From the NCBI RefSeq assembly GCF_016432865.1, contig NC_067403.1, positions 245,210,001 through 245,274,000 on the forward strand: 64,000 nucleotides of DNA. Reading direction: 5' to 3'. Position 1 is the first letter of the stretch; each line of letters begins with the position of its first letter. The stretch is from Antechinus flavipes (Eukaryota). The translations under genes were made by a program, and so were the position numbers. A model generated the notes under the pieces. That model did no database searches, was not told the DNA's origin, and saw only the letters and a list, made by a program, of their open reading frames with translations. Of this stretch, positions 1-11,654 are shown in pieces.

Positions 1-3000
1 ATTAACTGACTTATACTTGCATAATTCCAAAAAGTTTCTCAGAATATTTAGAAGACTTAACAGTTCCAATAAATTATCTTTCTATTCTCTAAGATGGACA
101 AAAAATGATTATGTCCAATTTTTATCCTATTAGCTACTTTATGATTTGTGAAAAAGAAAACAAAGCTTTAAAATTGTGATTTTTCATTTACAAATATTTT
201 CTTTATTAGTAAAATGTTTTAATGGCTAATGATAATCTGCAATTCATATTTTGTATATATAATCTGCTCATATTACTTTATGTCTTATCTACATAAGAAT
301 AACAGATCTTAGGATTTTCTATCAAGAACAATTTCAAATGTATTTTGAATAACAAAGTTTGTCAGGCATATATGAAAATTACTTGTGCTTTTTTAGAATT
401 GCATTTGCAACAACATTTTTGTAAAATAGTTTTTTTTTTAATTTTGTCTAGCTAAAATGACTGCTGTTGTTTGTGTTCTCTTTTGTCTCTTATTTTGTTA
501 TTCATGTTGCTTCTTATTGGAACGTAACTGTTGGCATAGAATGAAGGAAGATATGAAATCCAATATCTGTTCTGATATTTGATCATTCTAGGAACTTTGT
601 CAAGTCACTTAAGCTCTTTGACTCTGTTAATTCCTCTGTACAAAGGAGATCATAATCATTCACACTTTAGAGTTGCTTCTTCTTTGACTAAGAGGGAGTA
701 TGTAAAATCCTTGACAAACCATGAAACCCAAAATAATAGCTACTTTATTGGTTATGTAATTATAAATCTGTAATAGTCTTCCTCATTCTATTTACCTTTA
801 AAAGCGATCTGATCTTGTATGTCAATAACGTACATATTTAGATGCTATTTCTAAATGATCAGTTTTCATTATGAAGCAAAATCTAAAAATTCTGGCAAGT
901 AAAATGCTTAATAGAAGACCATAAAATATCTAATGGGGAAAGAAAGAAAAACTCTCTTTGTTGGTGATTATAAATTTAAATCATATTGTAAGAAAGAGAG
1001 TCAGTGACTTCAGAGATCTCTTCTACATAAGAGTACAGAACACTGATTAGTGCACTGTCTGACACTGAAACATACATGTCTACTCTTTGCATATAAATGA
1101 AATGTAATGATTGAGTAAGTGTTTTCTGAAATGTCAAATTTCCTGATTTATTTTACTTAGCTCTACTTTGTAATAAAGTAGAGTCTAATGTGATTATGTG
1201 TGTTTGAGAGGGTGTTGGAAGGGGAAGTAAAGCGTCAGAATAAGTGAAAATAAGTGACATCAATGTAAAAAGGAACAATAAACCCACAAAGAGAACTTTT
1301 GCTATTTGTTTCAAGAAGAGGAAGAAATATGTTATAGTGAAGAAAATTAGAATTTAAGGTATATTTTCAAGGAGGAATAATTAGAGATTTGATCTTATAT
1401 TTAAGTGAGGTTGCTATAAAAATGGCACAAATATTTAAGCTAAGTCTTAGATTTTTGTTTACCTGTTTTGTTTGATTGTGTATTTGTCGTTGTTGATATA
1501 GTTGGCTTCTTTTGTTTTTGCTATTCCTTTTTTCCAAGTCACACAAGGAGAATTCAGTAGCTTTTCCCAGTACATAGATTAATGAGAATTTAATCTAAAT
1601 TATAATTTTAGCATACTTTTCTTTAATTTTATTGAATTATTCCATATTTGTATATGAGTGGGAAGAGAAAAATTTGGCACCAGATAAGCACCAACAGATA
1701 TTTTACAAACACTTTCCTTAAGGAGAGTAAATAAGTATTTAGTAGCTTTGTGGCATAATGCCAGGCCTTCTTCCTGATTTTAAATCTGGCCTAAGACATT
1801 TATTCTAAATGTGACTTTATCAGTGTGATCAATCAATTAACCCCACTTGTCTCCATTTCCTCATTTATAAAATGAATTTGATAAGGAAATGTCAAATTAT
1901 TCTTCTGTCTGCCAAGAAAACCCAAAGGGGTCAATCAGACATGATTGCATGACTAAATAGCATCAATGATTATTTGGCGAATTGGTGGACAAAATTTTAC
2001 ATTTGAATCTCACATTTTGCAAATTTATTAGCAAACAGATAAGAAATTTGCATGCTAAAAATGCAGAATGATATTAAACTTGAGTATTCGACAAATAAAC
2101 TAATTGAAACTGATGCCTTTCACAGATTACATTAGTGCCCAAATTCTTGAGTAAAATTTAGTTCATTAAGAAAAAAAAATTCCTGAAGTACCCTTAAAAC
2201 AGTGTTAACTGCTTAAGTATTAAAAGTGAAAAACATATTGATTTTCCATACCAAATATTCTTTCTCTTAAAGCTATGTGAAATGAAAAAAAAATAAAAAA
2301 TATGCAAGCCAATTAAAAGAAATCAGACAAATTTTTGAATGCAATGAATTCTCTTTCATCATATCATACTAAAGATGTGTTCTATGAGTTTATTGAAAAT
2401 AAGTTGGTATCCTAATATTTAAAAAAAAAAAACTATTTTGTACCTATACAATCTCCTACAGATCATTAATGAATTAGATTATCAACAGAATGTGGCTCAG
2501 TGGGACAGAATTCCATATAAAATAAACATGAAGGAATAGTGGTGATGACAAAGATATCTTGAAGTGAGTAATTTTTTACAATTTTCAAAATATTTTGAAT
2601 GTATTATTTCAATTATTCTTTATTACAAAAAATGGGTGGAGCTGGAAATGTCTTTTCCCATTTATAGATGAGAAAGCTATTACATGAGAATTATTATAAT
2701 TTAATCCACTTTATTTATTTAATGATTGAATAACCATTCTAAATGAGATCCAATCATATGTTTTCCAGAATAGAACTGACAATTGCTTCATTTTTTTTCT
2801 AAGATTCAGATACTAAAAACTTAAATGCTATTAATACATTCTCAAGACAGACAATCATAGACATTGACCTGAAAGAGATCTCAGGAGTTAATTACTCTAT
2901 TCCTTTTTAGTTTATATGAGGAAGGCAAAACCCTGTAAAATTAAATTAAAACCTCATTGTTGAAATGAGACAAGTCCATCATAATTGATGATTACAACAT

Positions 3001-3061
3001 TTGTTGTTGTTGTTGTTTTTCTCACTTAGCATCAATTCCTGTAACGAATTGGAATTGACAT

Positions 3062-3098
<37 letters not shown>

Positions 3099-3621
3099 TA
3101 GCTAGAAAATTTGGGATATAATTCTCATGAATTAGTAATTCAAGGACATGAGACATATTCACTAATCAAGGTGCCCAGGGGATGCCACACTGAGGAAAGA
3201 ATGAAGCTGAGATAGGCCTTGAGAATATGGGGAGATTCTGATGAGACATGAATAGGGAAAAATATTTCCAGGGAGAAAGAAAGTCATGAATAAAGCTTAA
3301 AGGGTTAACATAACAAGGAGTATAAGATAGTAATATTTGGGGAAATTAATAATATATTAAATTTCTTCTATTTCATATCTTTTGTGAAAACTATGGCTTC
3401 TGATATCAGGACAGAATTACATTTCAAAATAAAAATAATCTGGAATGGTGTTTCTGGTGTTATATATAAGATTTAGGTTGATTTCAAAGGTTTTACTGGA
3501 TGACATTTCTTAGATCCATATTTTCATCCAAATATCCAAAAAAGATAGTCACAACATTTAGAACATTCCCTGATGCATATTACATATTTAATCTAAATTC
3601 ATTGGTTTCTTTTGATTTCAG

Positions 3622-3719
3622 AACAGAGAATATAGAATGTTAAGACTTAGAATTGACATTGAACAACAGAACATTACTTTTTAGATATAGAATGGATAAT
3701 TCAACAAAAATTAAAAAAG
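3622..3719 (+). other. Candidate upstream exon of OR gene 1 (possibly coding)
   Basis: Acceptor tttcttttgatttcag| (AG 3620-3621) and consensus donor AAG|GTAAGT (GT 3720-3721). Contains ATG 3692 in a strong Kozak context. Confidence 0.5.
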
Positions 3720-3870
3720 GTAAGTGTGATATAGGAGATCATTTAATCAACAATTTCTGTTCCTCCCACAGGCAAATTTATTTTTCTGAGGTAGAAACTG
3801 AAGCCTAGGGAAAGAAAGGTATTTACTTGTTCTGAATTCAATATTTCCACACCCAGAAGAAATTGAGAAA

Positions 3871-4794
3871 ATGGAAAGAAGCAATGTTACATTTGTGGTA
3901 GAATTCATTCTCCTAGGATTTTCCGATCTTCCCAACTTCCGGAGGCTTCTATTTGGAATTTTCTTAGTCATCTATATGAATATACTTATAGGAAATGGCC
4001 TCCTCATTGTCATAACTAAGACCAATCCTACTCTTCAAACCCCCATGTACTTTTTCCTTGGAAATTTTTCCTTCTTGGAAATTTGTTACACATCAGTCAT
4101 TCTTCCTAGAATGCTGGTAGACCTTTGGACTCAGAAGGGAAACATTTCATTCCTGTCCTGTGCTATACAAAATTGCTCCTTTTATATTCTAGGAGTTGCA
4201 GAATGCTTACTCTTGGCTGTGATGGCTTATGACAGATATGTTGCCATCTGCAAGCCTCTTTACTATCCTATCATCATGAATCGCAAGATGTGTATCCAGT
4301 TGGTGATTGCCTCCTGGACCATTGGTATTCCAGTCTTGATATGGCTCACATACCAGATTTTCTCTCTGAACTTTTGTGATTCTAACGAACTCGATCATAT
4401 TTTCTGTGATGCTCCACCATTACTGGAGGTTGCTTGTGGGGACATATATCAGAAAGAGCTCTCTATCCATGTTGCTGCCCTCTTTTTTGTCACGACGCCC
4501 TTTCTGTTGATACTCATATCCTATATCAAAATCATCACCACCATTCTAAAGCTTCCATCAACCTCAGGGAAATCCAAAGCCTTCTCCACTTGTTCTTCTC
4601 ACCTCATAGTTGTTGGTTTATTTTATGGGCCTGGTAGTATTGTTTATTTGAGACCCGAATCCAGTCATTCAGCCAAATCAGATAAAGTCTTCTCTATTTT
4701 ATATACTACTGTTACTCCAGTATTAAACCCTATGATATATAGCCTGAGAAATAAGGATGTAATTGCTGCACTGAAAAAAATCCTTCCAAAGTGA
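3871..4794 (+). CDS. OR10AG1-like: Olfactory receptor, family 10 (OR gene 1), 307 aa, intact
   Basis: OR motifs LQTPMYFFLGNFS, MAYDRYVAICKPL, KAFSTCSSHL, PVLNPMIYSLRNKD and an N-terminal NVT sequon. DLWTQKGNIS matches my recollection of OR10AG1. Confidence 0.95.
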   Translation: MERSNVTFVVEFILLGFSDLPNFRRLLFGIFLVIYMNILIGNGLLIVITKTNPTLQTPMYFFLGNFSFLEICYTSVILPRMLVDLWTQKGNISFLSCAIQNCSFYILGVAECLLLAVMAYDRYVAICKPLYYPIIMNRKMCIQLVIASWTIGIPVLIWLTYQIFSLNFCDSNELDHIFCDAPPLLEVACGDIYQKELSIHVAALFFVTTPFLLILISYIKIITTILKLPSTSGKSKAFSTCSSHLIVVGLFYGPGSIVYLRPESSHSAKSDKVFSILYTTVTPVLNPMIYSLRNKDVIAALKKILPK

Positions 4795-5371
4795 TGTGAT
4801 TCATGAATGAAATTGTCAAATTTAAAAATGTTTTCCTCTCCATTTATTCCAATGATGCTAATAATAAATTTCTGTGTTTTTTTCATAAAATATTTACAAA
4901 ATACTGAAAATAAAGTACAGAAGATTATATTTTTAAGATATTCAACAACTGTTTCAAATATATATATTTTATTTTATTAGACCTTGACTGGTTATGAAAA
5001 CTGTTCTTTATCTCAAATGGTAACTACTCTTAACAGAAAAATTGAGTGCAGCTTTATTATATTTTGTCTTTTTGTCCTAAAAATATTCAAACTTATTCCT
5101 TTTACTCATAATTTACTTATTTTTATATTGATCACCTTACCATGTATGTGTGTGTGCCTTTTAAGGTGCCTGCTATGTGCCAAGAATTGTTCTGTGCCAG
5201 AAATGAAAATTTTAAAAAAATCAGCACTTGCCTTCAAGGGAGGAGAAAACATAAAAAAGAAGTTCAAGTTGGGTTGGAGAAATGGAGTGGGCCCCAAGTA
5301 TTGCCTAGTACTAGGGGCATGATGTTTCATGGAGTCCAAAAATATGACCTGTTCTTAAGGAAATAGGAGAA

Positions 5372-5501
5372 NNNNNNNNNNNNNNNNNNNNNNNNNNNNN
5401 NNNNNNNNNNNNNNNNNNNNNNNNNNNNNNNNNNNNNNNNNNNNNNNNNNNNNNNNNNNNNNNNNNNNNNNNNNNNNNNNNNNNNNNNNNNNNNNNNNNN
5501 N
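5372..5501. other. Assembly gap (130 N)
   Basis: Run of N. Confidence 1.
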
Positions 5502-5817
5502 GAATGTTGCACACAGCTTCATTTCATATCAGTTCTTAATTCCACATAAGATCAAAATATCTACAAATGAAAATATAGAATATTGAGTTGAATCTTTCTT
5601 TTAAAAATATAATATGGAATATAAGAATTGAATTGAATTTAAAAGCATAAACCAATAAAGTTAAAGGTTGGGGAAACTTGAGAAAGAAAACACCATATCT
5701 CAGAGAAATATTATATAAGAATAAATTCATCTTTTCATTTATATCATTTATATATAGTCAGAAAACAAGTTAACTTCCTATTTATAAATTCATTATGTAA
5801 AGATACAGTAAAAAAAA

Positions 5818-7137
5818 ATGGCAGGAGACTTTTGTTTTAATGGTCAAATTAATCCTCTTGTGATTTTTCTGACCCTTCTAACTTCCAGGGATTTCTCTTT
5901 GGGATTTTCTCAGTTAATCTCCATTTTTATAAAGGAAACATTGTCATTTTTTTTTTTACAACCAAAGTTAATCCAGCTTTTCAAACCCCCATCTACGTTT
6001 TGCTTGGAAACTTTTACTTTTTGGAAATGTTCTGAATTTCAGTCACTATCTGTAGGATGTTGTCAGCCCTTTGCACAAAGAAGAGAATCATTTATTTTGT
6101 GTGCTGTGTTATACAACTCTGTTTTTTATATATAGTGAAAGGCAGTATCCACAATGGGATGTGATAGTCTATGATAATAAATGTTACCATCTGTAAGCTT
6201 TTCAACCATCCTCTCATCATGAACCACAAGATGTGCCTCCTAAAAGTCATTTTCTCTTGGATCTATGGTATTCCACTTTTTTTAGACAGATATATAATAT
6301 ATTCTATTTGCTTTTCTGTGGTTTCAAAAAATTCATTATCCAACAACAAGACTTTATGATGATCAATTCTGATGGACATGGCTCTCTTTAGTAATGAGAT
6401 GATTCAAACCAGTTCCAATTGTTCAGTGATGAAGGGAGCCATATACACCCAGAGAGAGGACTGTGAGAACTGAGTCTGGACCACAACATAGCATTTGTAT
6501 TCTTTCAGTACATATTTACTTGCATTTTGTTTTTATTTTCAGGTTTGTTTTTCCTTCTTGGTACATTTTTTTCTTGTGCAACAAGATAACTGTCTAAATA
6601 TGTATACATATATTGGATTTAACATATATATTTTAACATATTTAACACGTATTGAACTATCTGCCATCTAGGGAAGGAGATAGGGTGAAGAAAGGAAAAA
6701 AATTGGAACAGAAAATTTTTCAAGGGTCAATGTTGAAAAATTACCCATGTATATGTTTTATAAATAAAAAGCTTTAAAAAAAACTTCAATAATATATTCA
6801 ATGATATCTCATCCCTACTCACAGTGGCCTGTGGAGACACCACTCCACATGATTATTTTGTCTATGCTGATCCTGTATTGTTTGTTTTGCTTCCCAAGCT
6901 ATTAATTCTCATACCATGTGTTACCTAAAATTGCCATCAATTTAGGGTAAATTCAAGGCTTTTTCCACCGGTTTTTCCCACTTTACAGTTGTGGATCTAT
7001 TTTATGGGGCAGTAATCATTATGTATTTGAGTCCTAAGTTCAACCATTAGCTAAAACAGAGAAAGCTCTCTCTCTTTTTATACCATGTAAGATCCATCTT
7101 TAACCCCCTAATATATAGCCAAAGAAACAGGTATGTT
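5818..7137 (+). pseudogene. Degraded OR10AG-like pseudogene (OR gene 2), split by an L1 3' fragment and truncated by a SINE
   Basis: Shifted-frame remnants: FQGFLFGIFS, PAFQTPIYVLLGNFYFLE, PLIMNHKMC, ACGDT, KAFST, FNPLIYS-RN. Multiple stops and frameshifts. Confidence 0.9.
6341..6783 (+). mobile_element. 5'-truncated L1 3' end (ORF2 tail + 3'UTR + A-tail) inserted in OR pseudogene
   Basis: caacaac..gatgatcaattctgatgga..; same 3'UTR as the copies at about 41170-41600 and 11660-12000. A-rich tail. Degenerate TSD aaaaaattcattat / aaaaacttcaataa. Confidence 0.85.
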
Positions 7138-7210
7138 GGGGTAGCAAGATTGTGTAGTAGATAGAGTATGGCCCTGGAGTCAGGAGGATGTGAGTTCAAA
7201 TCCAGCATTA
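7138..7210 (+). mobile_element. tRNA-derived SINE head (WSINE1/MAR1-like)
   Basis: ggggtagc..gatagag..ggccctggagtcaggagga..gagttcaaatcc (A-box and B-box remnants). Confidence 0.75.
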
Positions 7211-7734
7211 GGCAGAAAGAAGGATGGGAAGAACTAAAGAAATAAAGAATAAAGGAAAGATTTTTTTAAAAGGAAAGGATGGAGAAATTAAGAAAGGGAT
7301 AGAGAAATTAAAAAAGACAGAAGAATATTATAGTTGAACTAGAGAAATTAGTACCAAAGAGGTTGAAGTTGTGAAGCAATAATCAAACTACTGAAGATTT
7401 GTTATTCTTTCTTAGTCTCTTATGTTCTTTAAATATACTTTGTATTCCCCTTTCTCTATCTTTACTTTATCTTTAGTAAGCACATTGCATTTACATGGAG
7501 GCATTCTCTTTGACAATATCAGACAATTGCCTGAAATTCACATCTCAATATTCTGGGTCTTCACAGACCCACTTAACCACTGTAAAGATTTATTGTGAAG
7601 ATTGGGTAATATCAGAATATCTTTATTTTTTTTTTCTAATCCAAGACTGAATTTTCCTATATTCCTTGACCTGTGCAGCCCTATTAATTTCCTAGAGGAA
7701 TGACTTTACTTCCATGTTACTGTTTTGGTATGAA

Positions 7735-7835
7735 AGGTTATTATTCATCCTTCATTCTTGAAGAGGGCAATGATATCAGGGAGGTGATGCAATAATGAGC
7801 AATTGAATTTGTATTTAAGTAAGAGAGACCTGCTG
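7735..7835. mobile_element. Marsupial RTE-associated SINE fragment (Mar3/WALLSI-like)
   Basis: tccttcattcttgaagagg..gatatcagggaggtgatg..gaatt motif recalled from marsupial SINEs; family assignment uncertain. Confidence 0.4.
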
Positions 7836-8847
7836 AATGGGGGATAATAGATTGACTGAAAGAGAAAAAGACAAATAAAGAGAGACGGAGATCAGATTAA
7901 GAAAAAAAAATTGGTTTTACAATCTTGAGGCATTTCTTTATCCTGGTGCCTTATTTCGGAATACTTTTAATCTTATATGGCACCTATCTAAAATAAAACA
8001 TCCAATTCTGAAAATTATGTTCTCATTTTGCTGTGACCAGGCCAGAAATACCATAAACTCCTCTCTCCTGGATATTATGACACCCTTAATATGATATAAT
8101 TTCTTATTAATTTTCCATTAATATTACATTTGAACTCATTCAATTTTCAATCTTGTAATACACAATTTTTTTTAATTTAAAAAAGGTATGTAAATTCATC
8201 TCAGTAAAACTGTCCATGTAACATAAGTTCTTGATATAAGTAGGCTTTATGTTTAATTATATTGAATTATATTTTATCAAATGTTACTGAAGTTTGTTTC
8301 ACATATTTTGTTGGGATATTAAATCTTCATCACAGTATGTGAACTATTTCATCTATTTCTGTAGTAGTGTGCATTCTAGAAATTTTCAGCCTCTTGGAAT
8401 AGTATTCAAACTTTCATCAGTCAGTCATGAGCATATTTAAATAAGTAAATTAACTTTGTTGTTTTTCAGTAAAATTCCCTTCAAAATTTCTCAATTGCTA
8501 GAAATGTATTAAATTCATGCTCATTAAACTGCACCAGAAACATTAGAAAATAAGATATATGTGAATCACATAAAAAAGTTTCCTGAAATGATTGACTAGT
8601 AGGTAATTGCTATTGCCCTTAATATATTAATACAGCTGTTCAATAGAGCTAACAATCTAAAAGACTTGCACTTGGTTCTCTTGCCTTATAACTTATTAAT
8701 TTTTGACTATTAGTTTGAAAATAATTCTTTCACATCATCATTCCTAATAGAACAATAATTTTCCTTCAAAATTCTAAACACAACTTGTTTTACCACTTCT
8801 TGGGTTGATGCTCCCCTTCTCAATATTCCCATATCTTTATCCCAATA

Positions 8848-11030
8848 AAAGGAGGTCCTGGACAGCATCTTTCAAGAAATTATCAAGACAAATTGCCCTG
8901 ATATCCTGGGACTAGAGGGAAAAAGAGCTTTGAGGAAATCTATCAATTATCTCAGTAAAGAGATTGAAAAATTAAACTTCCTAGGAACATTATAAATACA
9001 TTTCAGAACTATCAGGTCAAGGAAAAAAAATAATACAAGTGCCCAGAAAGAAACAAACCAAATATTGGGAATTCATAATAAAGATTACACAGTTGCAATA
9101 TTAAAGGATCAGAAGTTTTAGATCATGATATTCCTCAAGGCAAAGGACAATTACAAGAAAGAATCACTTACTCAAAATTGGTAATTCAATGAAATGTAGA
9201 AAACCCAAGCTTTCATAAGGAGAGCCAACCCAAAAACTTAATCAACAATATTAAGACCTAAGAGAAGCATAAACAGATAAAAAGGGAAAAGAAATGTGAT
9301 TTAAAAGAATTAAGGTGTTTATAGCACTGCATGAAAAAAATGATACTTATAATCTTTAAAAAAATATCACTAATAGCATAGCTAGAAAGAATATAGATAG
9401 ACAAAGAGTATGGGTATAAAGTGAATTTGAGGAAATGATCTTAAAAAAATTAAGGGATGAAAAAGAGGCATACAATAAGTGGGGATGGAAGGGAGAGATG
9501 GAATGAATTAAGTTTTCACATGAAGAGGCACAAAATACTTATTCCAGTGAAGAGGAAGGTGGGAAGGTGGGCAGTAAACCTTACTCTCCGCAGTATTTAA
9601 TCAAAGTTGGAATAATATACTCAATAAATTGATGTAGAAATCCAACTTTCCAGACTGGGGTATATGAGGGAAAGAAATTCTATAAGAGGACAGTTTTGGT
9701 TTTTTTTTTTTTGGGGGGTGGGGGTGGATTGATAGAAGCGAAGATAGATTGGGGGAGGTGGTAGACAAAATAAAAAAATGATTGGTAAGGAAAGAAAAGG
9801 TTAAAAAATAAAGGAAAAGTAGGGTTGAGGGAAATACATAGATAGTAATCTTAACTGTTAATGTAAATGGGATGAATTCTCCCATAAAATAGAAGTGGAT
9901 AGCAGAATGGATCAAAAATTAAAATCCTATACTGAATTGTTTAAAAGAAATATATTCAAAGCAGACAGGTTCACACAGAATAAAGGCAAGGAGCTTGAAT
10001 AAAATCTATTATGCTTAAGTTGAAGTATAAAAAGCAGAGTTAGCCATCCTGATCTCAGACAAAGTAAAAGCAAAAAAAAAAAAAAAAAAAAATAGACAAT
10101 TAAAAGAGATAAGCAAAGAAACTGCATCTTACTAAAAGGAACTTCAGATAATGAAGTGATAACAATATTAACATATTTGCACCAAATATTATAGCATCCA
10201 AATTCTTAAAGGAAAAATTAAATTAATCATAGTAAGAAATAGAAAGCAAAACTATATGAATAGGGGAACCTCAATTGTCCTCTGTTAGAACTTGAAAAAT
10301 TCAACTGCAAAATAAAAAAGGCAAAAACTAGGGAGGTAAATAGCATGTTAGAAAAATTAAATATTATAGAATTTTGGGGGGAAATNNNNNNNNNNNNNNN
10401 NNNNNNNNNNNNNNNNNNNNNNNNNNNNNNNNNNNNNNNNNNNNNNNNNNNNNNNNNNNNNNNNNNNNNNNNNNNNNNNNNNNNNNNNNNNNNNNNNNNN
10501 NNNNNNNNNNNNNNNNNNNNNNTTACAGAAATTGACCATGTAATAGGGCATTAAAAACTTCAAAAATGTGTAGTCCTAAAGAATAAATGGATCAAAAAAC
10601 AAATCATAAAACCAATAATAATTCCATTAAAGAAAATAACAACAAAGGGATAACACACTAAAATTTATGACATGCAGTGAAAGCAATATTTAGAATTTTT
10701 TTTCTATACTCTTTCATCAAAAAAGGAAAAAGAACAGATAAGTGAATTGGACATGGAACAAAACAATAAAAAAGGAACAAATTAAAAATCCCCAATTGAA
10801 CATCAGATTGTAAATCCTGAACATCAAATATGAGATTAATAAAATTGAAAGAAAAAAAATACTAGTTAGTTGATTTTATATTTAAAAAAAATAAGATGAA
10901 AAAATCATTAGTTTATTTAATTAAAATGGAGAAAAATCTCAAATATCAAAAATGAAAAGGGTGAAATCACCACCAATGAAGAAGAAATTAAAGCAATCAT
11001 TGGAAAACATTTTGCTTACTTACTCAGCCT
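8848..11030 (+). mobile_element. Degenerate L1 (ORF1 3' part, inter-ORF, ORF2 endonuclease/linker), spanning a gap
   Basis: FQEIIKxNCPDI-like ORF1 remnant at about 8870. Endonuclease start TVNVNGMNSPIK at about 9855. Confidence 0.8.
10386..10522. other. Assembly gap (137 N)
   Basis: Run of N. Confidence 1.
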
Positions 11031-11039
11031 CATTTGTGA

Positions 11040-11335
11040 CTTTTTGTTTTCCAGCCTTACAAGTAGATTTTTATCAAATGGTGAGTTCTTATCCCAAAAG
11101 AAAGGATCTTTGGAGTTATCAAACTCTATATGGTAGTATGGGCCTTGACAACAATATAAATATTTGTTATAATTCACTTGTGAACCCATCTGGCCCAGTG
11201 GATTTTTTCTCTAGAAAGGTCATTAATAGCTTCTTCAATTTTTTTTTTCATAATAAGGTGTTATTTAGGATTTCTATTTCCTGATTTGTTCATCTAAGTA
11301 ATTTAAAAATAAATATTCATTAATTGTGCTTATAT
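11040..11335 (-). mobile_element. Antisense L1 ORF2 (RT-proximal) fragment
   Basis: aattcacttgtgaacccatctggccc..agcttcttcaatt is the antisense of the L1 PGPDGFT..F region. Confidence 0.7.
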
Positions 11336-11444
11336 TATCAATTTATTGCTGTAAAAATAAGCAAAATGTTTCAGGATTTATAATTTACAATTCAATGGCA
11401 AAATAAATAAGACAAAAACTAGGGAGATAAATAGCATATTCTTA

Positions 11445-11640
11445 GTCTCAGACACAGAGGAGGCACAGAAGAGTCTCTCAGCCACAGCCACAGAGAAGAC
11501 TTCAGAGTCGTCTCTAGATTCCAGAGCCCATCTTTGACCAGCTTCGTGGTGGCTCTCCTGCCTTCATCAATTCTCCATCTAAAGACTTAGGCCCATCTAG
11601 AGATCCTCCAGAGAGTTAGCCTGGATATTCAGTAATTCAA
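11445..11640. mobile_element. Probable ERV LTR fragment
   Basis: GC-richer island (ccagcttcgtggtggctctcctgcc) among L1 pieces; resembles marsupial LTR R/U5 from recall only. Confidence 0.4.
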
Positions 11641-11654
11641 TACAATCCCAATAG

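Noticed and set aside
2046-2053. Octamer motif ATTTGCAT upstream of gene 1
   Set aside because: Single 8-mer in AT-rich DNA, not seen in the paralogous upstream regions; expected by chance.
4207-4637. Short ORFs overlapping OR genes in other frames or antisense (also 19750-20153, 33336-33521, 51636-51884, 61864-62070)
   Set aside because: They recur only because the OR codons are conserved; no independent coding signal.
5311-5514. ORFs spanning N runs (also 10345-10563)
   Set aside because: Artefacts of assembly gaps.
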